From the sequence record KM111297.1: a DNA stretch of 853 bases; one strand, 5' to 3'. Made by a program: the position numbers and the translations under genes. How positions within the stretch are numbered: position 1 is the stretch's first letter; each line of letters begins with the position of its first letter. Positions 1 to 853 of the stretch are shown one piece after another. Origin of the DNA: a phage. The notes under the pieces are model-generated. The model ran no database searches, was not told where the DNA came from, and saw nothing but the letters and a program-made list of their open reading frames with translations.

Positions 1-853
1 ATGGGTATGGTGCGGCGTGCTATTCCTCATCTGATTGCTTTTGATATTTGTGGTGTTCAGCCTCTGAATAACCCTACCGGCCAGGTATTTGCACTGCGTG
101 CAGTATACGGTAAAGACCCTATCGCTGCTGGCGCTAAAGAAGCTTTCCACCCGATGTATGCTCCGAATGCTATGTTCTCTGGTCAGGGTGCTGCTGAATC
201 TTTCGAAGCACTGGCTGCAAGCAAAGTTCTGGAAGTTGGTAAAATTTATTCTCACTTCTTCGAAGCTACCGGTGCTGCACACTTCCAGGCTGTTGAAGCT
301 GTAACCGTTGATGCTACTGCTACTGATGCCGCTAAACTGGATGCTGCTGTTACCGCTTTGATTGAAGCAGGTAAGTTGGCTGAATTGGCTGAAGGTATGG
401 CTACTTCTATCGCTGAACTTCAGGAAGGCTTTAACGGTTCTACCGATAACCCGTGGAACGAAATGGGCTTCCGCATCGACAAACAAGTTATCGAAGCTAA
501 ATCCCGTCAGCTGAAAGCAAGCTACTCTATCGAACTGGCACAGGACCTTCGTGCAGTACACGGTATGGATGCAGATGCTGAACTGTCTGGTATCCTTGCT
601 ACCGAAATTATGCTCGAAATCAACCGTGAAGTTATCGATTGGATTAACTACTCTGCGCAGGTTGGTAAATCTGGTATGACCAACACCGTTGGCGCTAAAG
701 CTGGTGTGTTTGACTTCCAGGACCCGATTGATATCCGTGGTGCTCGTTGGGCCGGTGAGAGCTTTAAAGCCCTTCTGTTCCAGATTGATAAAGAAGCAGC
801 CGAAATCGCTCGTCAGACCGGTCGTGGTGAAGGTAACTTCAAATCGGATCCCG
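1..853 (+). CDS. 23: Major capsid protein gp23 of a T4-type (T-even-like) myovirus; internal fragment, partial at both the 5' and 3' ends
   Basis: Frame 1 is open across all 284 codons (nt 1-852) with no stop; the supplied ORF track omits it, presumably because it has no in-window stop. The translation contains long runs that match T4 gp23 as I recall it, e.g. MGMVRRAIP-LIAFDICGVQP, PTGQVFALRAVYGKDP, AAGAKEAFHPMY, AMFSGQGAA, EGMATSIAELQEGFNGSTDNPWNEMGFRIDKQVIEAKSRQLKA-YSIELAQDLRAVHGMDADAELSGILATEIMLEINREV-DWINYSAQVGKSGMT, AGVFDFQDPIDIRGARWAGESFKALLFQIDKEA-EIARQTGRGEGNF. Codon choice is strongly biased (gct, ggt, ctg, gaa, aaa, cgt, ttc, acc, ccg), typical of a highly expressed gene in an enterobacterial host. 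The ATG at nt 1 is an internal Met codon (T4 ...AVMGMVRR...), not the start. The last 3-4 codons (nt 841-853) may not be native. Confidence 0.93.
   Translation, partial: MGMVRRAIPHLIAFDICGVQPLNNPTGQVFALRAVYGKDPIAAGAKEAFHPMYAPNAMFSGQGAAESFEALAASKVLEVGKIYSHFFEATGAAHFQAVEAVTVDATATDAAKLDAAVTALIEAGKLAELAEGMATSIAELQEGFNGSTDNPWNEMGFRIDKQVIEAKSRQLKASYSIELAQDLRAVHGMDADAELSGILATEIMLEINREVIDWINYSAQVGKSGMTNTVGAKAGVFDFQDPIDIRGARWAGESFKALLFQIDKEAAEIARQTGRGEGNFKSDP
841..853 (+). other. Possible non-native 3' junction: BamHI site GGATCC (nt 846-851) within the terminal sequence tcggatcccg
   Basis: After the conserved ...GRGEGNF, T4 gp23 continues IIASRNVV as I recall it, but this window reads K-S-D-P (aaa tcg gat ccc g). 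The terminal 10 nt tcggatcccg are the reverse complement of CGGGATCCGA, a very common clamp-plus-BamHI primer tail. GATC is also a Sau3AI/MboI site. Natural divergence cannot be excluded. Confidence 0.4.

Noticed and set aside
1-3. ATG at the very first position as a possible translation start
   Set aside because: It corresponds to an internal Met of gp23 (T4 context ...GPAVMGMVRRAIP...). No upstream sequence is present to show an RBS, and the native start lies about 95 codons upstream. It could at most be an engineered start in a construct, which is covered under the 3' junction finding.
89-304. 71-aa ORF in frame +2 from the supplied ORF track (MHCVQYTVKTLSLLALKKLST...)
   Set aside because: It lies entirely inside the frame-1 gp23 coding sequence, whose translation is recognisably conserved. 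The frame-2 product is a low-complexity, Leu/Lys/Ser-rich string with no recognisable motif and is most simply an out-of-frame artefact of the biased codon composition.
313-324. Short tandem gctact gctact
   Set aside because: It simply encodes Ala-Thr-Ala-Thr within the ORF and is too short to be meaningful.
376-393. Perfect tandem 9-bp direct repeat ttggctgaa x2 (encoding LAE-LAE), a possible slipped-strand duplication or repeat element
   Set aside because: It sits in-frame within coding sequence, and the corresponding T4 segment (ALVEIAEG as I recall it) has the same length, so there is no evidence of an insertion. Most likely chance similarity of adjacent Leu-Ala-Glu codons under strong codon bias.
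1-853. Presence of a novel defence, anti-defence or other accessory system suggested by the task framing
   Set aside because: The window is fully occupied by one conserved structural gene fragment, with no additional ORFs of plausible function, no repeats or arrays and no intergenic sequence. Nothing in the sequence supports a novel system.

Overview
The whole 853-nt window is one uninterrupted + strand reading frame (frame 1, codons starting at nt 1, no stop codon, truncated at both ends). Its translation (MGMVRRAIPHLIAFDICGVQPLNNPTGQVFALRAVYGKDP...STDNPWNEMGFRIDKQVIEAKSRQLKASYSIELAQDLRAVHGMDADAELSGILATEIMLEINREVIDWINYSAQVGKSGM...IDIRGARWAGESFKALLFQIDKEAAEIARQTGRGEGNF) is recognisable as an internal portion of a T4-type phage major capsid protein, gp23 (HK97-fold family). 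It corresponds roughly to residues 96-375 of the 521-aa T4 protein, numbered from memory, which lies downstream of the prohead-protease cleavage site and so within the mature protein. I see no RNA genes, CRISPR repeats, mobile-element ends, promoters or terminators, and nothing on the minus strand. I do not find evidence of a novel biological system: this is a fragment of a well-known phage structural gene. Three things are worth a second look: a substitution-rich central segment flanked by near-invariant blocks, a 3' end that departs from the conserved gp23 sequence exactly where a BamHI site sits (possible cloning or primer junction), and the fact that the window spans the region commonly used as a g23 diversity marker. 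All homology statements rest on reading the translation against remembered T4 gp23 sequence; no search was run.
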